Source of the DNA: Proteromonas lacertae
Lineage: Eukaryota
Direction of reading: 5' to 3'
Assembly (NCBI GenBank): GCA_002245135.1
Contig: NGBS01000590.1
Coordinates: forward strand, 186,001-237,018
DNA: 51,018 nucleotides
The notes beneath the pieces were generated by a model, which ran no database searches, had not been told where the DNA came from, and saw only the letters and a program-made list of their open reading frames with translations. Shown piece by piece: positions 27,901 to 42,481 of this stretch (position 1 is its first letter; every line of letters starts with the position of its first letter). A program made the translations under genes and the position numbers.

Positions 27901-30900
27901 TAGAAAGTGAATTAGAGAATGAGAGATTGAAGAATGAGATCGAATTAAGTACAATAAGTAGTGAAATGGTGAATGGAATAAATGAGCGAAATCTAATAAA
28001 GAAAGTGAATGTGAATGATTACAATGTTCATAGTAGTCAAAGTCCATCTAAGCTGAATCATCAAAGTAGTGAAATATTGAATATGACTGATGAAATTCCA
28101 AAGATGAGATTGATAAATGATAAATCTGAATGTTTATTAAATGATAATGATGATGATAATGAGTTGATTAGTTATGAAGTTGATATGTTAAGTGATTATA
28201 ACGAATATATTGAAAAATGTAAAGATTATGAAGAATTGAAAGAGTTGAAAGATAAAATAGTGAAAGAATTGAATGAGAATAAGAAAGAGAATGAAGAACT
28301 TAATCGAGTGAACTTCGAGCTTAAAGAGTTGAAAGATAAAGTAGTGAAAGAATTGAATGAAAGTAAATGTTTGAATGAAGAAATAGAAGCTGAAAAGAAA
28401 GAATTATTGAATGAGTTAAATATTATGAAGAACAATGTAGAAGAATTAGAAAGTGAATTAGAGAATGAGAGATTGAAGAATGAGATCGAATTAAGTACAA
28501 TAAGTAGTGAAATGGTGAATGGAATAAATGAGCGAAATCTAATAAAGAAAGTGAATGTGAATGATTACAATGTTCATAGTAGTCAAAGTCCATCTAAGCT
28601 GAATCATCAAAGTAGTGAAATATTGAATATGACTGATGAAATTCCAAAGATGAGATTGATAAATGATAAATCTGAATGTTTATTAAATGATAATGATGAT
28701 GATAATGAGTTGATTAGTTATGAAGTTGATATGTTAAGTGATTATAACGAATATATTGAAAAATGTAAAGATTATGAAGAATTGAAAGAGTTGAAAGATA
28801 AAATAGTGAAAGAATTGAATGAGAATAAGAAAGAGAATGAAGAACTTAATCGAAGTGAACTTCGAGCTTAAAGAGTTGAAAGATAAAGTAGTGAAAGAAT
28901 TGAATGAAAGTAAATGTTTGAATGAAGAAGTAGAAGCTGAAAAGAAAGAATTATTGAATGAGTTAAATATTATGAAGAACAATGTAGAAGAATTAGAAAG
29001 TGAATTAGAGAATGAGAGATTGAAGAATGAGATCGAATTAAGTACAATAAGTAGTGAAATGGTGAATGGAATAAATGAGCGAAATCTAATAAAGAAAGTG
29101 AATGTGAATGATTACAATGTTCATAGTAGTCAAAGTCCATCTAAGCTGAATCATCAAAGTAGTGAAATATTGAATATGACTGATGAAATTCCAAAGATGA
29201 GATTGATAAATGATAAATCTGAATGTTTATTAAATGATAATGATGATGATAATGAGTTGATTAGTTATGAAGTTGATATGTTAAGTGATTATAACGAATA
29301 TATTGAAAAATGTAAAGATTATGAAGAATTGAAAGAGTTGAAAGATAAAATAGTGAAAGAATTGAATGAGAATAAGAAAGAGAATGAAGAACTTAATCGA
29401 GTGAACTTCGAGCTTAAAGAGTTGAAAGATAAAGTAGTGAAAGAATTGAATGAAAGTAAATGTTTGAATGAAGAAATAGAAGCTGAAAAGAAAGAATTAT
29501 TGAATGAGTTAAATATTATGAAGAACAATGTAGAAGAATTAGAAAGTGAATTAGAGAATGAGAGATTGAAGAATGAGATCGAATTAAGTACAATAAGTAG
29601 TGAAATGGTGAATGGAATAAATGAGCGAAATCTAATAAAGAAAGTGAATGTGAATGATTACAATGTTCATAGTAGTCAAAGTCCATCTAAGCTGAATCAT
29701 CAAAGTAGTGAAATATTGAATATGACTGATGAAATTCCAAAGATGAGATTGATAAATGATAAATCTGAATGTTTATTAAATGATAATGATGATGATAATG
29801 AGTTGATTAGTTATGAAGTTGATATGTTAAGTGATTATAACGAATATATTGAAAAATGTAAAGATTATGAAGAATTGAAAGAGTTGAAAGATAAAATAGT
29901 GAAAGAATTGAATGAGAATAAGAAAGAGAATGAAGAACTTAATCGAGTGAACTTCGAGCTTAAAGAGTTGAAAGATAAAGTAGTGAAAGAATTGAATGAA
30001 AGTAAATGTTTGAATGAAGAAATAGAAGCTGAAAAGAAAGAATTATTGAATGAGTTAAATATTATGAAGAACAATGTAGAAGAATTAGAAAGTGAATTAG
30101 AGAATGAGAGATTGAAGAATGAGATCGAATTAAGTACAATAAGTAGTGAAATGGTGAATGGAATAAATGAGCGAAATCTAATAAAGAAAGTGAATGTGAA
30201 TGATTACAATGTTCATAGTAGTCAAAGTCCATCTAAGCTGAATCATCAAAGTAGTGAAATATTGAATATGACTGATGAAATTCCAAAGATGAGATTGATA
30301 AATGATAAATCTGAATGTTTATTAAATGATAATGATGATGATAATGAGTTGATTAGTTATGAAGTTGATATGTTAAGTGATTATAACGAATATATTGAAA
30401 AATGTAAAGATTATGAAGAATTGAAAGAGTTGAAAGATAAAATAAGTGAAAGAATTGAATGAGAATAAGAAAGAGAATGAAGAACTTAATCGAAGTGAAC
30501 TTCGAGCTTAAAGAGTTGAAAGATAAAAGTAGTGAAAGAATTGAATGAAAGTAAATGTTTGAATGAAGAAGTAGAAGCTGAAAAGAAAGAATTATTGAAT
30601 GAGTTAAATATTATGAAGAACAATGTAGAAGAATTAGAAAGTGAATTAGAGAATGAGAGATTGAAGAATGAGATCGAATTAAGTACAATAAGTAGTGAAA
30701 TGGTGAATGGAATAAATGAGCGAAATCTAATAAAGAAAGTGAATGTGAATGATTACAATGTTCATAGTAGTCAAAGTCCATCTAAGCTGAATCATCAAAG
30801 TAGTGAAATATTGAATATGACTGATGAAATTCCAAAGATGAGATTGATAAATGATAAATCTGAATGTTTATTAAATGATAATGATGATGATAATGAGTTG

Positions 30901-33900
30901 ATTAGTTATGAAGTTGATATGTTAAGTGATTATAACGAATATATTGAAAAATGTAAAGATTATGAAGAATTGAAAGAGTTGAAAGATAAAATAGTGAAAG
31001 AATTGAATGAGAATAAGAAAGAGAATGAAGAACTTAATCGAAGTGAACTTCGAGCTTAAAGAGTTGAATGATAAAATAGTGAAAGAATTGAATGAAAGTA
31101 AATGTTTGAATGAAGAAATAGAAGCTGAAAAGAAAGAATTATTGAATGAGTTAAATATTATGAAGAACAATGTAGAAGAATTAGAAAGTGAATTAGAGAA
31201 TGAGAGATTGAAGAATGAGATCGAATTAAGTACAATAAGTAGTGAAATGGTGAATGGAATAAATGAGCGAAATCTAATAAAGAAAGTGAATGTGAATGAT
31301 TACAATGTTCATAGTAGTCAAAGTCCATCTAAGCTGAATCATCAAAGTAGTGAAATATTGAATATGACTGATGAAATTCCAAAGATGAGATTGATAAATG
31401 ATAAATCTGAATGTTTATTAAATGATAATGATGATGATAATGAGTTGATTAGTTATGAAGTTGATATGTTAAGTGATTATAACGAATATATTGAAAAATG
31501 TAAAGATTATGAAGAATTGAAAGAGTTGAAAGATAAAATAATGAAAGAATTGAATGAGAATAAGAAAGAGAATGAAGAACTTAATCGAATGAACTTCGAG
31601 CTTAAAGAGTTGAAATGATAAAGTAGTGAAAGAATTGAATGAAAGTAAATGTTTGAATGAAGAAGTAGAAGCTGAAAAGAAAGAATTATTGAATGAGTTA
31701 AATATTATGAAGAACAATGTAGAAGAATTAGAAAGTGAATTAGAGAATGAGAGATTGAAGAATGAGATCGAATTAAGTACAATAAGTAGTGAAATGGTGA
31801 ATGGAATAAATGAGCGAAATCTAATAAAGAAAGTGAATGTGAATGATTACAATGTTCATAGTAGTCAAAGTCCATCTAAGCTGAATCATCAAAGTAGTGA
31901 AATATTGAATATGACTGATGAAATTCCAAAGATGAGATTGATAAATGATAAATCTGAATGTTTATTAAATGATAATGATGATGATAATGAGTTGATTAGT
32001 TATGAAGTTGATATGTTAAGTGATTATAACGAATATATTGAAAAATGTAAAGATTATGAAGAATTGAAAGAGTTGAAAGATAAAATAGTGAAAGAATTGA
32101 ATGAGAATAAGAAAGAGAATGAAGAACTTAATCGAGTGAACTTCGAGCTTAAAGAGTTGAATGATAAAGTAGTGAAAGAATTGAATGAAAGTAAATGTTT
32201 GAATAAAGAATTCCAGAAAATACATGAAAAGTATAAAAATGAAAATGTGAGAATTAGGAAAGATTATAAAGAATTATTAAAGAAAGTACTTATGAAAAAG
32301 AGAAGTAATCCAAAGATTGAAGATATAAAAATCTATAAATGTGAAGTCATTGGTGAAAGTGAAATTGAGAATAATAACGATGATTTAATTATTAATAAAG
32401 ACATATCTTTTGATGAAAGTAGTTTTAATGATATTGATTTTGAGAGTGATAATGATGTTGAAACATATGATATTCAAAAAGAACTAACTGTGGAATATAG
32501 TATAACAATAAATGTAGGAGAATCATCTAATATTAAAGAAGAGAAGTATATGACTTCTTTAAGAAAATTTATAAATGAAAATCAAGACAATTATAATGAG
32601 AATGAAAGTACAACTGATGAAAGTTTTGTTACTATTGAATCTTCTTTAGATGATAAAGGGTATTTATCCCCTGATGAGAAGATTTATTAAAGAAAATCAA
32701 TGTAATGATGATTATGATGATTTGAATGGGTCATTTGATAGTTATGCTACAGTTAATAGTTTTGAAGATGATAAAAATGAGAAGGAAATAATAGTCGAGG
32801 TATTGAAAGAGAATTCATCATTGAAAGAACAACTTATTTCATTAAAGTTGCAATTTATGAATAGTTCTGTTATAGATTATAAAACTATAGAAATAATAAA
32901 TCAAGAACCTAAACTTTCAATCAAGAATGATGAAATGACAATGATTAATCAAGAACCTAAACTTTCAATCAAGAATGATGAAATGACAATGATTAACCAA
33001 GAACCTAAACTTTCAATCAAGAATGATGAAATGACAATGATTAATCAAGAACCTAAACTTTCAATCAAGAATGATGAAATGACAATGATTAACCAAGAAC
33101 CTGAACTTTCAATCAAGAATGATGAAATGACAATGATTAACCAAGAACCTGAACTTTCAATCAAGAATGATGAAATGACAATGATTAACCAAGAACCTGA
33201 ACTTTCAATCAAGAATGATGAAATGACAATGATTAACCAAGAACCTGAACTTTCAATCAAGAATGATGAAATGACAATGATTAACCAAGAACCTGAACTT
33301 TCAATCAAGAATGATGAAATGACAATGATTAATCAAGAACCTAAACTTTCAATCAAGAATGATGAAATGACAATGATTAATCAAGAACCTAAACTTTCAA
33401 TCAAGAATGATGAAATGACAATGATTAATCAAGAACCTAAACTTTCAATCAAGAATGATGAAATGACAATGATTAACCAAGAACCTGAACTTTCAATCAA
33501 GAATGATGAAATGACAATGATTAACCAAGAACCTAAACTTTCAATCAAGAATGATGAAATGACAATGATTAATCAAGAACCTAAACTTTCAATCAAGAAT
33601 GATGAAATGACAATGATTAACAAGAACCTAAACTTTCAATCAAGAATGATGAAATGACAATGATTAACCAAGAACCTGAACTTTCAATCAAGAATGATGA
33701 AATGACAATGATTAACCAAGAACCTGAACTTTCAATCAAGAATGATGAAATGACAATGATTAACCAAGAACCTGAACTTTCAATCAAGAATGATGAAATG
33801 ACAATGATTAACCAAGAACCTGAACTTTCAATCAAGAATGATGAAATGACAATGATTAACCAAGAACCTAAACTTTCAATTAAGAATGATGAGAAGTTAT

Positions 33901-34538
33901 TTAATTGCCAAAGTAATTCTAATGACGAAGATGAGTTAATGTTATGTAATGAAAATAGAATAAAAGAGTATGAAAGGGAAATTGAAATATTACAAGATAC
34001 TATAACATGTTTAACAGCAAGTATAGAAAATGATGAAGAAAGAAAAGAAAATATCTATGAAGAGTTGAAAACTCAAAGTGATTTAATAGATAAACTTACA
34101 AATACTTATGAGATGCATGGTGATGATTTATCTCTTCAAATTCATCAATTTAATACATTATCATTTACTGATGAGAATAATTGTCAAATGTTAGATAAAC
34201 AGAATGATTTGCTTGAAAAACTTGAAGAAGAAATGGAACAATTATTAAAATCTAAAGAGGAAAATGATCATAAATATAAAGTTCTTTACAGTCTTTACAC
34301 TACACTTTTTATAGAAAATGTAAATAATAAAATGATGATCAATGATACAAAAAATAGAATGAAATCCATTGCTGATTCTATTAATGAATTAAAATCATTA
34401 TTCTATCTTTCTACAACATGTGTTACTACTGGTAATGAAGATAGAGAAACAATGTCTTTGTTATTGGAATCAAATAATGAAGTTAATATGAAAATTAGTA
34501 GTTATATAGACTCAATCGTTAATTGTTTGAATAATTAA
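24932..34538 (+). CDS. Giant coiled-coil protein with 182-aa and 15-aa tandem repeats (broken by single-base indels)
   Basis: ATG 24932, intron 24962-24989; ORFs 25059-34538 continue one another across indels; E/K/N/L-rich heptad-like composition. Confidence 0.8.
26755..32205 (+). repeat. Coding tandem repeat, 546-bp unit, about 10 near-identical copies
   Basis: Unit KKELLNELNIMKNNVEELESE...KELNESKCLNEE recurs at ~26755, 27301, 27847, 28393, 28940, 29486, 30032, 30581, 31127, 31675. Confidence 0.95.
32896..33891 (+). repeat. Coding minisatellite, 45-bp unit (INQEP[K/E]LSIKNDEMTM), about 22 copies
   Basis: Contiguous 45-nt units AA[TC]CAAGAACCT[AG]AACTTTCAATCAAGAATGATGAAATGACAATGATT with no spacers. 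Confidence 0.95.
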
Positions 34539-34631
34539 TTGTAATAAATGTAAATTGGTATATTTGTTATTTGATTTTATTCTTTTAATATTAGTTTAAT
34601 TGAAAAAGAAAAAATATATATATAATTTATA

Positions 34632-37573
34632 TTACTTTATAAATTTCTTATAATTATCTTTATTTCTAATTTTACTACTTTTTAATTCATATATATCATC
34701 AATCTTTAATTCCAACTGTTTACTCATAATCACACTTTGACATAATATGGCAATATCATTCGTAAATCTAATAACATTAGTAAAAGTCAATAAAAGAGAT
34801 AAATCAACAAAACCTTCATCATCCATTTTACTCTTCAGATAATCATCAGCTTCCAAATTCTCTTCGCTAAAATAATATTCTATTTGATAAATCAACAAAC
34901 TCAAAATTTCACTTTTTGAATATTCAGGATTTACATATATATCCTCAATATGTTCATTATTATTATTCACAGGATAATAACTATCAATCATAAACTGTTG
35001 TTTAAAAGATTGTTTCATCCTTCTATATCTCACAATTTCATATTGAATAAATTCAGTTTCTAACCATAAATCTTTATCTGATTCTTTAATTAGCAGTTTA
35101 TGAACAACTCCATAATTCTTCAGATCTTTTCCAACACTTAATGCATAACGATAAACTAATGGTTCAATTTCATTATAAAATGGAATTTTCAAAGTTAATT
35201 CATATATGTTACTATCACTTATACGTTGAGTAAATTCATAATGATTATTATTATCATTATTTTGTGTTGGGTCGTGAATAAATGGGAAAAATATTTCACA
35301 ATGTTCATTAGAAGATGGTTTAAAATATACATAAAATGTGATATTTACTAAATGTATATAATTATCCATCATTTCATTATTACTCTTTTTAACAGGTGAA
35401 GGATAATAATTACTCATTAATGAAGATGATAAAGGTATAATAGAAGGTGGAGGAGGTGGTGATAGTAGATGTGGTGGAGGATAAATACCATTATAAGATA
35501 TTGGTGAAGTATTACTCATATTATACTGATTATTATCTTTATTATAACGATTTTGTTGTTGTTTATATGATTGTTTATTATTATTATTATTATAGTTCTT
35601 TCGTCTGTAGTTTCTTCTATTATTGTTATTGTTGTTGTTATTGTAATTATTTCTATTATTTGGACTATTATAAATGTTATTATTATTATGATTATGATTA
35701 AAAGGATAATTGTTAGTTATATTTGATGATTTTATTTGTGGTGATGATATATCATCATTTATTACATTTGCATTTTTATTTTCTTCTACAATCAGATCAG
35801 TTGTTGATGATAATATAACAGAAAGTGAAACATTACTATTGGTAGATTCAATTTTGGGTTGTTCAGTTATTTCATCTATTTCATCATCATTATCATTTGA
35901 TTCATCTAAATTATGTTTGTTTTCTTCTTTTTCTATTTCATTGGAATAATCATTTTCTTCATTAATTGTGTGGCTTTTCTTTTCATCATTCTTCTGTTTA
36001 GTTATTTCCACTTCTTGATTTTCATTATTATCTGATTGTTTTGGTTTTTCTACTGATTGTTCTTCCTCTTGGATAATTTGTTTTTCTTCTAATATTTGTT
36101 CTTCTTCTTTTTCTTTTACATCATTATTCATTTTATTATCATTCTTATTTTGTTTTACTATTCCATTTTTCTTCTCTCTATTCTTCTTTCTATTTCTCAC
36201 TTTCTTACTCTTCTCATTCTGTTCTTGTTTCTCTTTCTTCACATCTTCTTTAATCTTTTCAATAAACTGTTTTCTCTTTATATCTTCGCTATTATCTTTC
36301 TCTTCTATTTCTACTTCTCCTTCTTCTTCCTCATTTTCTATTTTTCTTTTAAATGAAGCTACTTCACATGTAAAAGCTTTTTCTTTCTTCTTTTTCACTT
36401 CAATTTCATGTTCAGTTGGTTTATAAACATTACTTATTGTAGTTGTAAAAGTATGAGCTTTTATAGGAGTCATTAATGTTGAATTACCACAAAATTTAAT
36501 TTTTAACCAATTCATAATTGATTTAATATATACAGCTACGATTATCTCAACTGGAATACAAATAAGGAATTTAATAAAAATATAATATTCATCACTTTCA
36601 AAGAAATCAAATACTACATGATCTTCTATCATATCTTCATAACTGCTGTTACAATATTCTCTTAATGATTCAATAATTATCAGTTTCCTACTAAACTCAT
36701 GCAATTTCCATCTATTTTCATTTTCAATGTTTTTCCAGTAAGTTAATGAAGTTCTTCGATATTCTGAATTTATCATATTCGAATTACTATATATATTAAA
36801 TATATAATTATGATGATATACAGTGAGTAAATTCTTAATAATTCAATTGTATATTTAAATATATTTATATTTTGGTCATTATTTGACAGTTGTTTTAATC
36901 TGTTTAACTCGGTGATATATTTCTGTTTTTCTTCCATAGTTAATGCTTGTTTCTATTCATAATAATATATTACTTATAAGATATACAAATTGCGTTGTGA
37001 TATTAATAATTTGATTTAAACATGAATGATTCTCATTCATTTCTTCTTCACTAGATTCAATATAATCCAATTTTGCTTTTAATTTAATCCATTCTTTCTC
37101 TTTTCCTTCCATCTTCAATACTTTTAGATAGTTATTATAGCAATCCATCGTTTTGCTATGTATTAATCCTTGACTATTCCTTAAGCCAGTACATCCTTCT
37201 TCCAAATGTTTCTCAGATTCTTCATATGAGCCTTCTATACTTTTTAATAAACCTAACATGTAATGAGATGTAGCTAAACGCAAATAACTAACATCTGAGT
37301 ATAAATTTAGTTTATTCTATAAAATAATAATAAGATAGCTAAAATACATCATTAGATAATTTTAAAAAAAATGTCAACAGTTTTACTTGTTGAATTTATT
37401 GTAGAACTCAAAAAATGGTTTGCTTTTTCCAGCTGCCCATTATTGATGAGATTATAACATGTATTATATAACTAATATAATAATAAATCGCTTTATACAT
37501 CTTCAATGTTACCAAAGACGTTGCATACTAGAAAAACTGAAAATATAAGTAGTGTTAATGTATATATTTTCAT
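34632..37573 (-). CDS. La-motif (HTH) protein; probable upstream exons add a signal peptide, TPR-like helices and a TM segment
   Basis: C-terminal La motif QIEYYFSEENLEADDYLKSKMDDEGFVDL; upstream exons MKIYTLTLLIFSVFLVCNVFG and TPR-like LATSHYMLG...GSYEESEKHLEE; junction at ~36790-36880 needs an indel, so a single-gene model is not certain. Confidence 0.6.
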
Positions 37574-37723
37574 TTAATAAATATAAAAAACTCTTGGATA
37601 TATCTGGGATAAAAGAGAGTGAAATTTTATTTCTGTTAGGCTTGAGAGCTTGATATTATCTTTTCTTTATAACAGCTTATTTTGCTATTTAATTTACTAT
37701 TATATAGTAGGCATTAAATAAAA

Positions 37724-39289
37724 ATGCAAGATATACCCAATAAACAATTTGTAGCTGTTGAATTACCACTTTTTTATAAATCAGAAGAATCATTGAATAA
37801 AATAATAGATCCAAATCACCAATTTAGTAATGTTCTATTAAAAAGATCAACCAAATTACCAATAAAACTAAATCCAGATGATCTAAACTGCAGAGTAATA
37901 AATGGAGAGCCACATAGATCTGCTGGAATTTTAATGAAAGTAAAAGTTAGTAAAAACACTAAAAAAATTGTTTCTACTGAAATTATAGGAAAAGGTATAT
38001 ATTAAATCGATATTATGATAGTTCCAACGATATATACATTTGACAAATTAGCAGATTTCACATATACATCATGTTTTGCACCAGAAAGACCAACAGAATC
38101 AGGTTATTTATTCGATATAGACAAAACTTTTAATTCACCAGTAACAGATATAAATGTAATTCCTCCGATATTTGCAATGGATTCAAATGTTTATAATTAC
38201 AATTTCAATAAAAATGGTAAAGTAGTAGATGGTGAACAACAATCTATGTATAAACAAGCATCCAGTCATACATCAACTAAGTCTTGTGTTTATTATGATT
38301 TTAATTCAGAAAGTATATTTTATTTGTAGTTATTTTAATTCATAGTTCCATCTGTTTCTCCTATTCCTTTTACTGTTGATGAAGAAGATGACAGTAATGA
38401 AATGAATTCACTCTTATTAGAAGTGTATAATATAATCAAACAAAAGTTTGATGAAAAACCAATTTGGTTGATTAATCAGCTAAAGAAAACAATCCATCCA
38501 AGAGTATATATATAAAACAATAATTTTAATAATTAATAGCTTGTATCAAAAATCAAATATGTAATTCCATCAATTGCATATATTTACAATTCAGGTCCTT
38601 GGAGACATTGTTTAGTAAAATATGGTTATAATCCACAACTAGATAAGAACAGTTATATTTATCAAATTATTGAATTCAGAATTAAAAATCCAGAAATTGG
38701 TCAGCAATTAGAAGTATTGATATTATTATTTATTTAATAGAAATATCAAGATAACAATGTATGGGGTTATACAATAAAGAGGAATTCAGAAATTCAGTTA
38801 ATTGATATACCAAATAACGAAATAGAATCTGAATTAAGCACTACAGAATTCAATAAAGAATGTGATGAAAAATCTGGTTGGTTTACCTCCTCAAAACTGA
38901 ATAAAATAAGAGAAATCTGTAAAATAGCAACCTTATCAAAGTTAGGAATAAACACCACCAATCTAACAATATCAGAAAAGAAGAAAGTAAGATTACATCA
39001 TCATTCTACATCCAAAAAATTATTGAAAAATAATTCGTTTAATAATGATAATAATAATTTAACAGATATACCTACTCCAAGTGATGATATTATTCCACCA
39101 CCAACTTTACCTGAATTACCCAATAATCAATTATCTGATAGAATTAGACCAAGTGATATGGAAATGAAAGTTGCTAGTGAATCTATTATACCGAATGATG
39201 AATCATTTGAATTATTTGATGAAATTAGTTCATCTGCATCATCTACTGAGCAAGAAGAAGAAGATGAAGAAGATATATTTATTCTTTAA
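37724..39289 (+). CDS. GTF3C5: Transcription factor IIIC subunit 5 (Tau95/Tfc1)
   Basis: FVAVELP, YTFDKLADF, FDEKPIW, IAYIYNSGPWRHCLVKYGYNP; acidic C-terminal tail; short introns. Confidence 0.85.
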
Positions 39290-39434
39290 TATCTATTTTT
39301 AATGTTTTTATATTAATTTTATCCAAAAAACATAAAATAATTAGTTAATTTTATTATATTGGTTAAAATAAACAGACTGAAAATGTTAATTTGAATTAAA
39401 ATATATAAAGTAAATATTAACGCCTAAAAACATT

Positions 39435-40293
39435 CTAAAACCTTTCATTTGCTCTAGTAGCCACAGTTCTCATTTGATTATACACTTTACCTGGTGGAGC
39501 ACCCAAAATTAGTGAACAAATTGCATTTCTAGCGACGGCTATATTTTGATAGGTTCCTAATATTCTTACACTATTCAATAATAATAATTAATAAATAAAC
39601 AATTATACTTCTGATCAGCTAAAACAATTCTAGTTCTAGTAGCATTTTCAATTGCATTTTTTGTCTTTCCTCCTTGACCTGCAATACGACCAATAGCTCT
39701 AGATAAATGATCACCGTGTAAATCCTTTACATCTTTAATTTGGAACGATTCAATATATAAGTCATCAAGTCTTAATAAAGCAAAAATATCTTTTATTTCA
39801 AAACCATACATGAATGCCTGGAAATAATCTGAAGCTTTCTGTAAAGCTGCTGGATTTTCTGTGAATTGTGAATTCTAATGGAATATAAATATAACCAAAA
39901 CATACTCTTATTTCAATACATCTTCTCTTTGTGTTATATCTTATCTGTAGTTTCAAATGTTGAATGATTGGTGACACAAGCGTCTCCCAATCTTTCTTCA
40001 GTGGTGAAAATCTATTTGGAGGTACTGGAATTGATCGCATTTCTATTTTACCTCCCTAAAAAAGAATTAGCAAATAGAAACAATACTGACATTTGTGAAG
40101 CTGATAAAGCAGGAAAATTAGGTATTTCTGGTGATGTTTGTGTGTTTGAAATATCACTTCCTGGCTGATTCAAAAATGTGTTTTCTAAATATGATCATAA
40201 TAAACCGTTAATACCTTCTGCATCATCCCCCATTTCCATTCCAGAATTATCAGTAGTGTTAGTCACTTCATTATCATCATCTTCAAATTCCAT
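39435..40293 (-). CDS. PNO1: KH-domain pre-rRNA processing protein PNO1/Dim2
   Basis: [74 protein letters not shown]. Confidence 0.95.
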
Positions 40294-40377
40294 TTTCAAT
40301 GTCACTTTTACCAATATTATGTAAATGTGTCAAAATTACTGACAAGCCAAGTTGTTAATTTCTGTTACTTTTAAAAA

Positions 40378-42060
40378 ATGTCTCTTTTTAGAGATTATAG
40401 CATCAGGGTTCATACATATTCCTATACTTTGAGTTCTCCATCATACCCTCAAAATCAGCATATCGTTATTAGGTTTGAAAACTCCGATTTCGTTATTAAC
40501 CAAAGATCTAACAAATGTATATAATAAATATTGTTTATGTTACTAGTATGGGACAAGGATTTCTTTATTCCAATTAAAGATACTACTGATTTAGATAAGA
40601 AAATGTTGTTTTTCGAGTCTTATTCAAGAGAACCATTTACAATGGAGTATAAATCTAATCACGTTATATTTAATATTCTAGAACATTTGTTGGGAATAAT
40701 TTCTACAGTCTAAAAGAGATATTAGATAAAAAAACAATAGAAGAAGAAGTACCAATAAGCAGAAACTCTGTCGTTGCTGGCGTATTAAAAGTAACATTCC
40801 AATTAGAAACACCTTTAACAATCTATCATCCTCCAGAAACTCCAACAGAACCAGTAGGTTTTTACTTAACAGTAAAGCATGGAGAGACAATGAGCTTATT
40901 ACCACAAACTGGTAGACAAATCACATATTTCCGTGTACAATTTCAAAATAATGCAGTTAGAACACACGATGATGTGATTGGTGGAACAAATCCTGAATAT
41001 AACGACAAATTCTATTTTCCAATCGACACTATTGATTATGAACAAGATTATATATTATTCCAATTCTTATCTTCCAATATAATTGGAGAAACAGAGTTGG
41101 GAAGAAGTTATTTATATTTAACTCCATACAAAGATGGTAAATTGAATGAAAATGTTGCTCTTGATGTTTATTATATGAATTCAGTAATGAGAGGTGTATT
41201 TTATATTGATATTCAAATTATTTATCCCGATTCAGTGAGAGATGTGAAAGAAGAAATAGTAGAAGAAGTTAAACCAGATCCACCAAATCCTCGAGAGTTA
41301 TTGGATAGAGAAAAAACAATTAAATCAAATGCAAAAGGATTAAGATTCCATGAACCATTATCATTATTTAATAGTTTCAATATTCCAATATCTTACAAAC
41401 TTTTACATGAATTAGAAAATGTAAAGATCTTAAATGATAATACATTTGTACAAATATACAATAATGTCTCAAATGAAAAAGAAGGAATCTCACAAAAATA
41501 TTTAGATGTTCAAATCTATAATGAATGTTACCACTGCCATAAGACATTCTTTGTTGCACCAGCTACACCATCTTATGATTGTAAATATTGTAATAAGCCA
41601 CAAAAGACACCAACTCATCCAGCACCTCAATTATTAGGACAATTAATTCCAATTGATGATATTGAAACTGTTTGTAGACAATTATTAGAGGAATATTTCA
41701 TGTTATTTGATCATGAAGGTGAGAGAGTGTTATCTTATGATGAATGTAAAGCTATTTATGAAAATCTCAATATTGATACTCCAGAAAATGTTGAATTCTA
41801 TTGGTCAACTTTCTTACCATCAAACGATGAAGAATTCGTCAATATGCAACCTTTTATTGACTTTTTAATTAAAAGAACATTCGATTTAGGATATGGTAAA
41901 ATCTTACCTCGTTATATTACACTATTAAGAAATGAAATAGCAAAGCAGAAGGATTCTTATGCAACATGGACTTGTCCTCATGATTTTCACATTAATGATA
42001 TGGTTGGAGATGAGAAATGTTCTGTTTGTGGACATTTAAATCCATTCCCACAAGAAAGTG

Positions 42061-42096
<36 letters not shown>

Positions 42097-42420
42097 TTAT
42101 AGTTGGAGATATATGAAGGTTATCAAGATTATCCAAATGGAAGAAAAGCCAGAAAATTAGTAAGGATGGAAGTTAGACGTACAGGATCAATATTAACTGG
42201 AACTTTCAGTATGAGATCAAAGCCAATTGATGATTATTCAACTCCATCTACTGTTGATGGTTATATTAACAGTTTAGGTTATATTCATATTAATTTATCT
42301 GGAGTTCCTGAAGATTTGTGTTATTATGTTGGAAAATTATGTTTTAAACAGATTGTATTGTCTGGAAAGAACCCTTGTGAAGAACGTGTGAATTGTTATC
42401 TTAAGAAAGTCTCAAATTAA
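40378..42420 (+). CDS. C2-domain protein with zinc ribbon, EF-hand-like segment and RanBP2-like zinc finger
   Basis: C2 motifs GGTNPEYNDKFYF and ETELGRSYL; CYHC...CKYC; FDHEGERVLSYDE; WTCPHD...CSVCGHLNP; short introns. Confidence 0.7.
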
Positions 42421-42481
42421 TAATATAAAAGAAAAATACTTATTATTTTTTATCCTTAAAATTATATACATGTTTTTATTT

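Noticed and set aside
27134..33835. Repeated minus-strand ORFs (MFFIIFNSFNN..., MIESSGSWLII...)
   Set aside because: Antisense shadows of the plus-strand coding repeats
32896..33891. 45-bp array as a CRISPR array
   Set aside because: No unique spacers, unit is a multiple of 3 inside an ORF, eukaryotic context, no cas genes
20935..36356. Antisense ORFs such as 20935-21441, 35447-35701 and 36096-36356
   Set aside because: Low-complexity reverse readings of real genes on the other strand
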